Positions 10,950 to 24,884 are shown, counted from the first letter of the stretch. The stretch is 64,000 bases of DNA from Eledone cirrhosa (GCA_964016885.1 OZ024741.1:398536001-398600000); one strand, 5' to 3'. Notes: a model not told the origin generated them from the sequence alone. Translations and numbers: made by a program.

Positions 10950-13900
10950 ATAATAATAATAATTAAATTATTGTGTTCAGTGCTCAGGTGCACTACAACT
11001 CATCAAAGGTGCTTGTATAGTACATAGAATAATGTACAAATGTCAGGAAAGTGAATAGTGTATGAGTCATGATATACATGTGTACGTGTGTATGGAGAGG
11101 GGACATCAGGTGTAGTGTTGGCGAATCTCAGGGAACATGGAGGTTTTAAAGGATGCAGTGTCTCGACAGCTAACAACTGATGCAGGTAGTTTGTTCCATG
11201 CTTCAGCAACTCTGAGTGTAAAAAAATGTTTCCGAAAGTCATGGGAGCTGTGCTGCTTTCTAACTTTGTTGGCATGTCCACGTGTGTTAGACACATGGAA
11301 ACCAAAAAGGTACTCAGGGTTGTTGGCAAAATCGTTAATAATTTTGTGGGTGTTTACCAAGTCAGTTGCCAGACGTTGGAGCTTCAATGTATCTATGCCC
11401 AGGGAAGTAAGGTGTTCAGAGTATGGTAGATGCCTGATGGAGGGTATTCATTTGGTTGCATGTCTCTGAACAGTTTCCAGGAGGTCAATGTTCTGAGCAA
11501 GATAGGGGTTCCAGACTGGTGATGCAAATTCTAAGTGTAGCCGCACCATAGCTATATACAGTTTTAAATAGATAGCTGGAGAGCGGCTGACAAAGGTCTT
11601 GCTGAGTGATGCTAAGACACCCTCGGTCTTCTTGACAATCTTAGAGACGTGCTTCGTCCAACGCAAATTGCTGCTGACCGTAATGCCCACGTCACGTTCA
11701 CAAGAAGACTTCTTGATATTAGTGTTGTATAGGGAGTATGTGGACGCTGGGTTTTTACTCCCAAAATGCATGGTGGTACACTTGTCCACAGCCAGCTTGA
11801 GTTGCCAGTCTGTGATCCATTGTTGCATTGTGTCCAGGTCAGATTGCAGGCAAGATCTATAGTGTTCAAGATCTGTCCTTTTTATCTCAAGGTACAGCTT
11901 GATGTCATCTGCATATTTCAGTACTGTGGCATTCTTTAAGTTGGCATCTATGTCATTAATATATGCCACAAACAAAAGGGGGCCAAGAACAGATCCCTGT
12001 GGTACACCAGATGACATCTCATATGATGAGGAATGCTGTCCTAGAACTGTGACTACCTCTCTTCGACTGAGAATGAAGGACTTCAACCCGTTAAAAAGAT
12101 CTTTTGTGTGGCACAGAATTGAAAGCTTTAGCAAAGTCAAGGTAAACAACATCCACCCATGAGCTGTCATCAGTGATCCGGGTGATGTCTTCAAGAAACT
12201 CGATAAGTTGATCACAACAGCTGGTGTTAGGGATATATCCAAATTGAGAGTTCCAGAAGTTCCAAAGTGTTTCTCTGACACAGGATTCCATTAGTTTGGT
12301 AATGCAACTAGTAAGACTGACTGGACAATAGTTCACAGGTGATGTGCGGTCACCCTTTTTGAACAGAGGAATGACACTGGCAGTTTTCCACTGTTCTGGA
12401 GTAGCACCGTTGTTCAGACAGAATTGGAAGAAGCGTGATAGCTGGTGCAGAAGGAAGTACCCACTACGTTTGAGAAGCAGGTATGTAACACCATCAAGAC
12501 CAGGGGAGGCATAGTTGCACTTATTTTTAAGGTGACGTCGCAACATTGCAGGTGTAAATTCCATAGTTGTAAGAGAATCCGGTGTCATAGGTGGTGGAGA
12601 TAGTACACTCTGGTCTTCAACAGTGAAAATGCCTGCATAGCATTCAGCAATGAGTTCTGCGCATTCCTTGGGGTCGTCAGTAACCTGGCTTGTGTGGGGA
12701 TTGCGAAGAGGACCAACTGGAGAGTGAGGCCTCTGCTTTGAATGAACATACTTCCAGAACACCTTACTGTCAGGGTTGGTTGTTATGTGCTGCTCAAATT
12801 CAAGCACTGCCTTTTTTGTCACCTGCTTCAGATGGTTGGATGATTTATTTTGCTTTTTCCTATTGATATGTGATTTTTCGCTTTTTCATATTGATGGAAG
12901 TGTCACTATGAAAGGCTTCTAAATGAGGAGAACAAATGGGAGAAAGACAGTCTCCCCCACATCGACCCAATAGAGGGACCAGCAGTGTTAGTCCAGGGTA
13001 GTACAATAAGCAAGGCAATCAAAGATATGAAGACGGGTAAGGCGGCTGGTCCTTCGGAAATAGTTGCTGAGATGCTGAAGGCATCTGGTTCGGTGGGACA
13101 CACCATGGTCACCCGGATAGTTAACCAAGTCGTACAGAATGGGGTTGTTCCGAAGGACTGGCGTAGCAGCATCATCGTTAACTGCTATAAGGGAAAAGGA
13201 GATGCCCTAGATAGGAGTAACTATAGAGGCATTAAATTAATCGACCAGGTCATGAAGGTCACGGAAAAAGTAATAGCGCAACTAATCAGAGAGAGAATTG
13301 ATCTAGATGAAATGCAGTTCGGATTTGTGTCAGGCAAAAGTACCACAGACGCTCTTTTCATTGTACGACAACTACAGGAGAAGTACCTAGCTAAAAGTAA
13401 ACCCCTATACTTAGCTTTCGTCGACTTGGAGAAAGCCTTCGACAGAGTCCCCCGTTCCATTATCTGGTGGTCTCTTAGAAAACTAGGTGTTGACGAATGG
13501 CTTGTGAGAGCTATACAAGCCATGTATAAAGAAACAGTCAGTAAGGTTAGAATTAACAACGAATATAGTGAAGAGTTTAGCGTAAAAGTTGGTGTCCATC
13601 AGGGCTCTGTTCTTAGCCCCCTACTATTTATTATTGCCGTTCAGGCTATAACAGAGGAGTTCAAGACCGGCTGCCCATGGGAACTCCTATACGCAGATGA
13701 TCTAACGCTCATAGCTGAATCAATGACCGAACTAGAGAAGAAATTCCAAACATGGAAGCACGGCCTAGAATCAAAAGGCCTTAAAATTAACCTGGCTAAG
13801 ACTAAAGTTCTAGTTTGTAGGAAAGAAAATAAGGCGGCAGTCCCATCTGGGAAATGGCCATGCTCAGTGTGTAGGAAAGGCGTAGGTAGAAACTCCATTT

Positions 13901-15755
13901 TATGTCCCAAATGCAAAGTATGGGTGCATAAATGATGTAGTGGGATCACAGGTAAGCTAACTAAGAACATAGATTTTACATGTGGCCGGTGCTCTGGTGC
14001 AATAAGTAGCAGCAAGTGCCCACAAAATACTAGCTCCCTCAACTGCGCAGAGGGTTCTATAGAAATAGTGGACAGCTTCCGTTACCTGGGTGACAAAATC
14101 AGCAGTGGTGGAGGGTGCTCTGAAAGTACAGTAGCTAGAGTCAGAACTGGATGGAAAAAGTTCAGAGAGCTTATACCACTATTAGCCGCTAGAGGGTTCT
14201 CCCTAAAAATGAAAGGCAGGTTATACGAAGCCTGCATACGAACAGCAATGCTGCATGGCAGTGAGGCCTGGGCATTGTGTGCAGAGGATATACGCAGACT
14301 AGAGAGGAACGAAGCTTGCATGCTCCGCTGGATGTGCAATAGTAATATACGTGAACGGCAAAGCATAAACGAACTAAGTAAAAAATTAGAAATAAGAGGG
14401 ATCAGATGTTGTTTACTCGAGAGAAGGCTACGTTGGTACGGTCACGTGATGCGCATGAAAGACGACAGCTGTATAACAAAGTGCAGGGCAATAAAGATAG
14501 ACGGTAGCCACGGAGTAGGCAGACCCAGAAAAACATGGGACGAGCTGATAAATTCCGACCGCACATGCTTACACCTCTCCAAGACAATGTCACTGGACCG
14601 AGACCTTTGGCGGTACTCAGTAATAGAGAAGACCCGCCTTACCTAAATACAAAGTAAAAACCTACTACAGTCAGTAGGCATCTCTATCCCCCCCCCCCCC
14701 CCCCCCCCCCCCCGTCCCACCACCTCCACCCCATCCACACCGCCCCTTTCAATGTAAAGTTATGTTGGTCCCACAACATCCAGGCCGAAACAAATGAGAT
14801 CGTGTAGGTGTCACGACAAAAAAACACACAGTCCACGCTGTAAATGTGGCCGTGTAGGCAACACGGTAAAAACCTCCCAGCCCCACACTGTAAATGTGGT
14901 TGGTGTTAGGAAGGGCATCCAGCTGTAGAAAACCCGCCAGACAGTCCACGCTGTAATGTGGCCGTGTAGGCAACACGGTAAAAACCTCCCAGCCCCACAC
15001 TGTAAATGTGGTTGGTGTTAGGAAGGGCATCCAACTGTAGAAAACCCGCCAGACAGTCCTATGCGAGCAAGACAACCACTCTTGCCTCAAGTGGGAAAAC
15101 CCCCGTCCAAACCCATGCAGGCGTGGAACACGGACGCTAAACCTGATGATGATGATGATGATATCTCATTTATACAGCTCCAACTGGGAATGATATCTGA
15201 TTTATGCAGTTTGTACTCACGTTCAGCATTACAACATTCTTTCCTGGCAAGACGGACTGCTGCAGTCTCCCAAATTGCACTTTTGTGATGTTTTTTCTGA
15301 TTACGTGGCATCGATGCTGCACATGCTGTCCATATTGAGTTCAGGATGTTCTGGAGTACAGTGTTAACATCTCCAGAATTGTAAAACTCAAGCCACTTTG
15401 GACGTTGCAACTCGGTGCAGTAACAGTTTCAGTCTGCTTTATTCCAGTCAAAGTGAGCAGTTTTTGAGATGGTTGTGGTTTTTGTTACTGGCCATGAGGG
15501 ATAGATTGGCAATGATCATAGCAAGATCAGAGTCACCTAAAGGTTCCTCAGTAGTAACACTAATAACCGTTTCAGGAGTAGTGGTGAAGAATAGATCCAA
15601 AGTGTTGTCAACTCTTGTTGGGGAGGTGACTACTTGGGACCAGTTCGAGTCCAGCACTAGCTCAAGGAAATCATTTGCACTTTGCAGCCAACAAAAGGTT
15701 TCTCAGTCATTCTCAGGGTGATTGAAGTCCCCTGCAATAAAAACATAAGTGGCTA
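10950..15755 (-). mobile_element. CR1-type LINE, 5'-truncated with internal deletions, split by a nested RTE insertion
   Basis: GVPQGSVLGPLLF and YADD motifs (ORFs 11448..12281, 12091..12822); endonuclease part resumes at about 15191-15755; (ATT)n tail at about 10950. Confidence 0.92.
12895..15162 (+). mobile_element. 5'-truncated RTE LINE nested in CR1; single nonsense codon at 13933
   Basis: RT (GVHQGSVLSPLLF, YADD), Cys-rich finger, 3' UTR and (GAT)n tail; approximate target duplication TGATAT(G/C)TGATTT at 12864 and 15191. Confidence 0.93.
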
Positions 15756-16049
15756 GTACAAGCAATAGCTGGTGGTTTAACCCTGTGTTAGATTGGCGTT
15801 CTATCCAGGGGAAGTCTTGTACTCTCAGTGGCTTCACGTTGCAGAAATCGGGATAAGCACCAGCCTGATAAGCCCTCGGGCTCAAGACAGACTTTAGATA
15901 TTTTCTTTTTAATATGGGCACAGACTGAAACCAGTGAAAGAATCATCATCATCATCGTTTAACGTCTATCTTCCATGCTAGCATGGGTTAGTTCAAAGAA
16001 TATTAGTTCAAAGCTAAAATTGAATGTATGTATATCTCTCTGTTTTCAG

Positions 16050-16181
16050 AAAACTCCAGTAAAAAGCCAAGAGGAAGGCTGAAAATCTGTCTTTCTAATT
16101 TAAAATTGTGTGCCCAAGCTGTAGGTTTGTCACCTGAACATATTCTACGACTGGTCAATACTGCTGGAAACCTACAATATG
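16050..16181 (+). CDS. CENPI: CENP-I exon 2 (ENSSKKPRGRLK...GLSPEHILRLVNTAGNLQY)
   Basis: TTTTCAG acceptor, GTAAGG donor, phase 1-1. Confidence 0.85.
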
Positions 16182-16770
16182 GTAAGGCCTGTTTATGCTT
16201 CATTTATATTTTTTCTCTGTAGATTAAACCTTTCATGAGTATATTCTTGACACATTGACATTATTACTCTATTATGTGTTCCAGTCAACAGGCTAAGGCC
16301 ATGCTGAGGCACCACCATTTCAATTAATTTATGAAATAATCTTATAGGAAATTCTTGATTATTTCATAAATTAATTGAAACATTTAAATGGTGGTGCCTC
16401 AGCTTCCAAATGATCTGGTTGGATCTCCAACTGAGCTCATGGATGTTATCCAACCATCCTGCTCGTAGTCTGTTTCAGGGTACCTTGCCGGTTGGTTTTG
16501 CCTATAAAATCTGTACAGCGATTCTTTCCTTTGACATTCCAACCACATGTTCATATTATTGGCACTGTGATCTCTTGATTCAGAAAATTAGTAGCTCTAC
16601 CTAGAGTGACTCCCTGATTTCTGGTCTATTAAGTAATGTTATTTCAAAGACCCTCTGGAAGGCATGTCAGAGGAGTCTGCTCTTATGACCCTCCCAGGAA
16701 TAAATGAGTAAAGACGAATCTTCAAGAATTTGGAAGGATTTAGTCATGTAACAGATTTTTGCAATATTAA

Positions 16771-16977
16771 CCCTTTAGCATCTACATAACTCTATATTTA
16801 CTATTGTATATTCATGGTAAAGTCTTTATCTCACATAATCTCGAGTCTATGAGATTTTGATGATGTTATTGTTTATTTTAAGAATGCTATCTTAACATCG
16901 GTGTGAGCTGCTGGCTACGGCCGGTTTCAAAAACGAAAGAGTTCTGGCTGGATACAGCTGGTTTAAATGCTAACGGG
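16771..16977. mobile_element. piggyBac-type MITE (same family as 54854-55073)
   Basis: TTAA|CCCTTTAGCAT ... ATGCTAACGGG|CTAA termini; internal similarity to the second copy. Confidence 0.65.
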
Positions 16978-17109
16978 CTAAGCTGCTGTTTAGAACATAA
17001 AATAACAGAATTTTCTTACATAAAACTTTGAGAATAGGTTTATAGTGCTAGAGCCATGAAAAAACCCCATCAGTTCACCCTGTAAGGTGGTAGTGCTAGT
17101 GCCTTGAAG

Positions 17110-18750
17110 AGTACCCAGTCTACTCAGCAAAGTGCTAGTGCTGGTACCATAAAAAAGCACCCAGTCCACACTGTAAGGTGGTAGTTTTGGTGCCATGAAT
17201 AAAACCACCCAGTCCATGCTGTAAGGTGGTAGTTCTGGTGCCATGACAAAAAGCACCCAGTCCACACTGTAAAGTGGTAGTTCTGGTGCCATGACAAAAA
17301 GCACCCAGTCCACACTGTAAAGTGGTAGTTCTGGTGCCATGACAAAAAGCACCCAGTCCACACTGTAAAGTGGTAGTTCTAGTGCCATGACAAAAACCAC
17401 CCAGTCCACACTGTAAAGTGATAGTTCTGGTGCCATGAATAAAACCACCCAGTCCACGCTGTAAGGTGGTAGTTCTGGTGCCATGACAAAAAGCACCCAG
17501 TCCACACTGTAAAGTGGTAGTTCTGGTGCCATGACAAAAAGCACCCAGTCCACACTGTAAAGTGGTAGTGCTGGTGCCATGACAAAAAGCACCCAGTCCA
17601 CACTGTAAGGTGGTAGTTTTGGTGCCATGACAAAAAGCGCCCAGTCCACACTGTAAGGTGGTAGTTTTGGTGCCATGAATAAAACCACCCAGTCCATGCT
17701 GTAAGGTGGTAGTTCTGGTGCCATGACAAAAAGCACCCAGTCCACACTGTAAAGTGGTAGTTCTGGTGCCATGACAAAAAGCACCCAGTCCACACTGTAA
17801 AGTGGTAGTTCTGGTGCCATGACAAAAAGCACCCAGTCCACACTGTAAAGTGGTAGTTCTGGTGCCATGAATAAAACCACCCAGTCCACACTGTAAAGTG
17901 GTAGTTCTAGTGCCATGACAAAAAGCACCCAGTCCACACTGTAAGGTGGTAGTTCTGGTGCCATGACAAAAAGCACCCAGTCCACACTGTAAAGTGGTAG
18001 TTCTGGTGCCATGACAAAAAGCACCCAGTCCACACTGTAAAGTGGTAGTTCTGGTGCCATGAATAAAACCACCCAGTCCACACTGTAAAGTGGTAGTTCT
18101 AGTGCCATGACAAAAAGCACCCAGTCCACACTGTAAGGTGGTAGTTCTGGTGCCATGACAAAAAGCACCCAGTCCACACTGTAAAGTGGTAGTTCTGGTG
18201 CCATGACAAAAAGCACCCAGTCCACACTGTAAAGTGGTAGTTCTGGTGCCATGACAAAAAGCACCCAGTCCACACTGTAAAGTGGTAGTGTTGGTGCCAT
18301 GACAAAAAGCACCCAGTCCACACTGTAAGGTGGTAGTTTTGGTGCCATGACAAAAAGCACCCAGTCCACACTGTAAGGTGGTAGTTTTGGTGCCATGAAT
18401 AAAACCACCCAGTCCACGCTGTAAGGTGGTAGTTCTGGTGCCATGACAAAAAGCACCCAGTCCACACTGTAAGGTGGTAGTTCTGGTGCCATGACAAAAA
18501 GCACCCAGTCCACACTGTAAGGTGGTAGTTCTGGTGCCATGAATAAAACCACCCAGTCCACGCTGTAAGGTGGTAGTTCTGGTGCCATGACAAAAAGCAC
18601 CCAGTCCACACTGTAAGGTGGTAGTTTTGGTGCCATGACAAAAAGCACCCAGTCCACACTGTAAGGTGGTAGTTCTGGTGCCATGACAAAAAGCACCCAG
18701 TCCACACTGTAAGGTGGTAGTTCTGGTGCCATGACAAAAATCATTTAGTC
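17110..18750 (+). repeat. Minisatellite, 48-bp unit, about 33 copies, inside an RTE/SINE 3'-tail element
   Basis: Unit GTGCCATGACAAAAAGCACCCAGTCCACACTGTAA(A/G)GTGGTAGTTCTG; continues into AGGAAGGGCATCCAGC and a GAT tail. Confidence 0.95.
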
Positions 18751-18957
18751 CACAGTGTTGGGGCCATGGTAAAATACTTCCAATACACAAAATGGTTAGC
18801 ATTAGGAAGGGCATCCAGCCATAGAAAGAAAATTTTAAAAAACAATGTATGAGCCAAACATGTCAACGTGATCTGTCAAGCCTGAATAATCCGTCAGACC
18901 CATACAAGCATGAAAAATTGATGATGATATGTTTTTCTTTTCTTGTTTCTCTCTAAG

Positions 18958-19088
18958 GTGTCCAAACCAGCTCCTTAATCATTCGATGTCTTATTCCACA
19001 AACGACTTTCCCACAGTTAGCAGCCATCAAACTACTATCATCTGTCAATTTTCTCATTTTATCACAAGGTGCCAACACAGCATACCTG
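18958..19088 (+). CDS. CENPI: CENP-I exon 3 (GVQTSSLIIRCLIPQTTFPQLAAIKLLSS...AYL)
   Basis: Pyrimidine tract + AAG acceptor, GTGAGT donor; resembles the vertebrate CENP-I ILKCMIP segment as recalled. Confidence 0.88.
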
Positions 19089-19189
19089 GTGAGTGAACAT
19101 CTCCTCCTCTTCCCCCTCCTCCTTGTGAATGTTGTAAGGGCAGAGTCATCAAACACTCCTTCCAAAAGGATCTGTCAGAAGCAACCATA

Positions 19190-20560
19190 AAATCTGTCCA
19201 GTGATTCTTCTAACCACTGAGACCTTCTCACCACATGTCTGTAATATCAGAGCTGTGATCTCTTAATTCTGAGAAGTAGTGGCTCTACATGGAGTGACTC
19301 TCTGATCTCTGAGCTACAAATCTGTCCAGTTATTCTTTCCTGAGACCTTCTAACCACATGTCCACAGTGTCGGAGCTGTGATCTCTCAATTTGGAGAAGT
19401 AGTGGCTCTACCTGGAGTGACTCTCTGATCTCTGAGCTACAAATCTGTCCAGTTATTCTTTCCTGAGACCTTCTAACCACATGTCCACAGTGTTGGAGCT
19501 GTGATCTCTCAATTTGGAGAAGTAGTGGCTCTACCTGGAGTGACTCTCTGATCTCTGAGCTACAAATTTGTCCAGTTATTCTTTCTTGAGACCTTCTAAC
19601 CACATGTCCACAGTGTCGGCGCTGTGATCTCTCAATTTGGAGAAGTAGTGGCTCTACCTGGAGTGACTCTCTGATCTCTGAGCTACAAATTTGTCCAGTT
19701 ATTCTTTCTTGAGACCTTCTAACCACATGTCCACAGTGTCGGCGCTGTGATCTCTCAATTTGGAGAAGTAGTGGCTCTATCTGGAGTGAATCTCTGATCT
19801 CTGAGCTACAAATCTGTTCAGTTATTCTTTCCTGAGACCTTCTAACCACATGTCCACAGTGTCGGCGCTGTGATCTCTTAATTCTGAGAAGTAGTGGCTC
19901 TACCTGGAGTGACTCTCTGAGCTACAAATCTGTCCAGTTATTCTTTCCTGAGACCTTCTAAACACATGTCCACAGTGTCGGAGCTGTGATCTCTCAATTT
20001 GGAGAAGTAGTGGCTCTACCTGGAGTGACTCTCTGATCTCTGAGCTACAAATCTGTCCAGTTATTCTTTCCTGAGACCTTCTAAACACATGTCCACAGTG
20101 TCGGAGCTGTGATCTCTCAATTTGGAGAAGTAGTGGCTCTACCTGGAGTGACTCTCTGATCTCTGAGCTACAAATCTGTCCAGTTATTCTTTCCTGAGAC
20201 CTTCTAAACACATGTCCACAGTGTCAGAGCTGTGATCTCTCAATTTGGAGAAGTAGTGGCTCTACCTGGAGTCACTCTCTGATCTCTGAGCTACAAATCT
20301 GTCCAAATATTCTTTCCTGAGACCTTCTAACCACATGTCCACAGTGTCGGCGCTGTGATCTCTCAATTTGGAGAAGTAGTGGCTCTACCTGGAGTCACTC
20401 TCTGATCTCTGAGCTACAAATCTGTCTAGTTATTCTTTCTTGAGACCTAACCACATGTCCACAGTGTCGGCGCTGTGATCTCTTAATTCTGAGAAGTAGT
20501 GGCTCTACCTGGAGTGACTCTTTGATCACTGGGCTACGTACTCTATCAAGTAATGTTACT
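19190..20560 (-). repeat. Tandem array, 123-bp unit, about 11 copies, derived from an RTE ORF C-terminus
   Basis: Unit translates to SSEIRESLQVEPLLLQIERSQLRHCGHVVR...; a single-copy relative lies at 46140-46260. Confidence 0.92.
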
Positions 20561-21098
20561 CCAAAAAAACCATTCGGGAGTAGACTCGTGACACAATATT
20601 AGAAATTTGTAGCGGGGAAACTCCTGACATATGAAAGTGATGACATGTGTCCTAGAGGTTAGGGTGTTGAACTCATAACCAGAAGGTTGTTAGTTCAACT
20701 CCTCGACAAGACACTGTGTGGTTTTCTGGAGGAAAGCATTACAGTATTTTTCTTAATAAGACTGAGTCCCCCTACAGAATAGACTGGGTACTTAATTGTA
20801 CTTGTGGTGCCGTTCACCCAGGGTGGGTTGAGCTGGCTCCATCGAAGGAATTCATGGTGTAAGTTTATTTCAATGGAGTTTCTTCAGGCAATTGGTTTGA
20901 CAAGTGGTGCCCAGCTGTAAGTATATGTATTTTAGGTTAGTGTAATCCTAGCATTGTATTGGTTATAGCGCCAAGCCCTCGTTTTCACACCCAACCCAAT
21001 TTGGTGAAGTCAGTGCCATGATGGGGGACACATCGAAAGGAGTTTGGCTGACAGAGGTGATAACCACAATATATTTGAGCCATTTTGTAGGCCAGCAG

Positions 21099-22077
21099 GA
21101 GCTTGTAGTGAACAGAATTAAATGTATTTTCCTTTGGTGGAAGAATGGTGTCACAGAGGTAAATTGGCTGAAGTGGAGCCCATCAAGGCCCTCAGCGGAG
21201 CCAATCAAGGCCCTCAGCGGATCGAGACAAGTTGCTGGACTACTTGGACCAGAGAGAGAGTTCACTGAACGACCTGGTAGCATCAAGACGTCCGACATTT
21301 GATATGCCACATTCCTTCACATCTCAAAAGGAATATGCGGCCAACACGATGTGAAGACTTGCTCGACCTTCTCTTGTTATTTCGATTCCATATTTGTACA
21401 ACAAATAAAAGGGAATTTTTGTTATAATGGATTATGTCGTTTTTGTCATTGCCTTCTGAATCGATAACTATATTAATATCTCCAGCAACTTATCTCGATC
21501 CGCTGAGGGCCTTGATTGGCTCCACTTCAGTCAATTTACCTCTGTGACACCATTCTTCCGCCAAAGGAAAATACATTTAATCACAGTCACCATTTATTAT
21601 GTAGAGTGGTGAGTGGCATGTTGATCACGTCGGCGTCACCATTTAAAACGTGGATTACGTGTCGCTGGAGATATTAATATAGTTATCGATTCAGAAGGCA
21701 ATAACAAAAACGACATAATCCATTATAACAAAAATTCCCTTTTGTTTGTTGTACAAATATGGAATCGAAATAACAAGAGAAGGTTGAGCAAGTCTTCACA
21801 TCGTGTTGGCTGCATATTCCAGTGGAGATGTGAAGGAATGTGGCATATCAAATATCGGACGTCTTGATGCTACCAGGTCGTTCAGTGAACTCTCTCTCTG
21901 GCCTGTCAGCCAACTGTATCTCTGGTCCAAGTAGTCCAGCAACTTATCTCGATCCGCTGCGGGACTTGATTGGCTCCACTTCAGCCAATTTACCTCTGTG
22001 ACACTATTCTTCCGCCAAAGGAAAATACATTTAATCCGCCAAAGGAAAATACATTTAATTCTGTTCACTACAAGCTC
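21099..22077. mobile_element. Foldback/MITE-like element with about 390-bp inverted arms
   Basis: 21099-21487 is the reverse complement of about 21663-22077 (GAGCTTGTAGTGAACAG...CTGTTCACTACAAGCTC); no TSD recognised. Confidence 0.8.
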
Positions 22078-22539
22078 ACCCCACTGTCTAGCTCAGGCAT
22101 AGTGACTCGTCGCACCACAGTAGATCTGGGTGCTTTTTTTAAATTATAAGGGAAAGTTTAACCCTTTAGTTACCAATCTGTTCAAAACTGACTTTGGTTC
22201 CATGAAATAAAACCACCCATTTTAAAGGTTTCCAATTTAAATTTAAATTTTCCAACCTAATTTTATATGAGAACCTTACATTAAGTTACTATCTTGGTAA
22301 TGAAATAATTAATAATTTTAGTAAATTCCTCAAAATTCTTCATTAATTAATTAAAATAGTGTGTATTTCATTAAACATGTGGTCATGAAAGGATTAAAAT
22401 ACAATATGAACTCTTTAGAAAGAGGTAATTTCAGGTAGGTCAGTATCAGAAAGGCTGTTATTTTATAATAATTTCATAGAACTTTTTATATTTTTAATCT
22501 GATTTTGACATAATTGTTTGTTTTCCTTTCCCATTCCAG

Positions 22540-22647
22540 CAATTGGTATTTCGATGGATTGTACTTGTCCTGCCCTATATGGAGGCCTGTGATAAACTTC
22601 ATGCCCTCTACAATGTTTTCTTTTATCATCTCAGAAATTATCTTTTT
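22540..22647 (+). CDS. CENPI: CENP-I exon 4 (QLVFRWIVLVLPYMEACDKLHALYNVFFYHLRNYLF)
   Basis: CAG/GTAAGA, phase 0-0; matches the Mis6-family pattern LFYRWLV...LYGFFF. Confidence 0.92.
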
Positions 22648-24467
22648 GTAAGACTCAGTTTTTTTTTTATTTTTATATTTCCATTCTTCTACTGGTTTCA
22701 GTAAAAAAAAAATTTAGACTGTGGCCATGTTGGGGCACCGTCATCAAGTGTTGTTTGTTGAACTGCTAAGTTGCAGGAGATAAACAAACAGCATATGTTA
22801 ACACACACACACACACATATATATATACACACAGCATATATTTATGTATCATCATCATTTAATGTCTATTTTTCCACACTTGCATGGGTTACACATCATC
22901 ATCATCATTGTTTAACGACCATTTACCATGCTAACATACGTAGGACAGGCAGTCCCTTAGTGAGAGGTCAAGTTGGAGGATCTTGATTCGCGTACACAGA
23001 ACTAATTTTGGGTTGTTTTCTACAGCTGGGTGCTTTTCCTAACACCAACCACATTTACATGGTGTGCAGAGTGCTTTTTTGTCGTGATATCTACACGACC
23101 ACATTACACACCATATATATATATAATACATTATGAAGAGAGAAGAAACATTAGATATAATTAGTAATAAAATATATCATACCCAACTGCTTCTATTTTA
23201 TTACTAATTATATCTAATGTTTCTTCTCTCTTCATAATGTATTATATAGTTCTGATACTGAATCAATCTAATCCATTCGGATTGGTTTGTCCCAGTTATT
23301 CATAGAACAACATCGGTTGAGGTTGGTACCACTAACTCAAGGATATATGTGGATATATTCATGTATATGTATGTGTCCGTATGTATCTGTGTGTTTCTCT
23401 ATATATTGTATATAATAGGATATGTATTCCTTCACGCACAGGCGCAAAGAGACACATGTATTGTCCAACCAAATGCCAATGTGGTTCAATGGCAGGTTAA
23501 TAAATTAACGAGCCAGAACATATATAAACAAGGTTTAGCAAATAATGAAAAAGTTTCAAAATAAATTTAAAAAAATTAACTTTACCTACTATAGTTACCT
23601 TTACCGATCGGTTTCGAATCCCAAAAATAAACGGGGGCCTTACGTCCTTCGTTCGAAGAATATAAAATTCTTGAATTTAAATTACGAACTAGCGCTATTC
23701 AAAACTGTTCCGGAGATGAGGGTGAAATGAGGTGGATATATATATATATATGTGTGTGTGTATGTATATATATATATATATATATAAGTTAATGAGATAC
23801 CATTTAAGGTAATCCAAGTAGAGGCTATGAGTACTCGGCATTGTTTGATTCCACAAGAAGTTCCCTTAGCTGGGTGGCTGATTCAAGACAGTTCCAAGGC
23901 AGGCGGTTCTTGGAGTAATAACAGTAAAAGAGTGGAGAATAACATGGTCGGCTGTACAATAGGGTTTATTAAAAGTATTATCAATTGTTTCATTAGTCCG
24001 GTAGGTCTAAAAATCTCTGATCACAAGATGCTATGTCATTTGATTTTAATTACAGTCGATACCCGACCAAATCATCAGAATACTGATGAAGACAATAGTA
24101 AGTGAAATAATGAACCCTTCACCAATTGGACATAGGATCAACTGACGCTCCCTCATTGAGTACCCTTTCTTTATAGACGCACCCTCTCACACACAACACC
24201 ATGTGCATCAGATGGTGATAAAAGGAAATTCACAAGAAAAGGGTTAACATTTATTGCCTTCTATTTGAAGTTCACAACTTCTATCATCATCATCACTGTT
24301 TAACATCAATTTTCCACCCTAGCATGGGTTAGACGAGTTGCCCTGTTGGGAATCAAGCCAGGCCTAATGACCATGACTAATGACCTTGGCTTGGTTTCTA
24401 CGGCTGGATGTCCATCATCATCATTGTTTAATGTCCATTTTCCACGCTAGCATGACCAACCACATTG

Positions 24468-24845
24468 ACAGTGTGGACTGGGTGCTTTTGTCATGACATC
24501 TACATGACCACTTTACAGTGTGGACTGGGTGCTTTTTGTTGTGACCCCTACATGACCACTCTACAGTGTGGGCTGGGTGCTTTTGTCATGACATCTACAT
24601 GACCACTTTACAGTGTGGACTGGGTGCTTTTTGTTGTGACCCCTACATGACCACTGGTGTGGACTGGGTGCTTTTTGTTGTGACACCTACATGACCACTT
24701 TACAGTGTGGGCTGGGTGCTTTTTGTTGTAACCCCTACATGACCACTCTATAGTGTGGACTGGGTGCTTTTTGTTGTGACATCTACACAACCACTCTATA
24801 GTATGGACTAAATGCTTTTTGTTGTGACACCTACACAACCACTTA
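24468..24845 (-). repeat. Minisatellite, 47-48-bp unit, about 8 copies, from the RTE/SINE tail module
   Basis: ACAGTGTGGACTGGGTGCTTTTTGTTGTGACACCTACATGACCACTTT repeats. Confidence 0.9.
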
Positions 24846-24884
24846 ATCAATTTTCATTTCACCCAGCGATCATCATCCATGTGT

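Noticed and set aside
16990-18814. 584-aa and 559-aa repetitive ORFs; superficial CRISPR-like look
   Set aside because: A 48-bp head-to-tail repeat open in several frames, with no unique spacers, no cas genes and a eukaryotic context. The same applies to 27489-28568 and 55656-56801.
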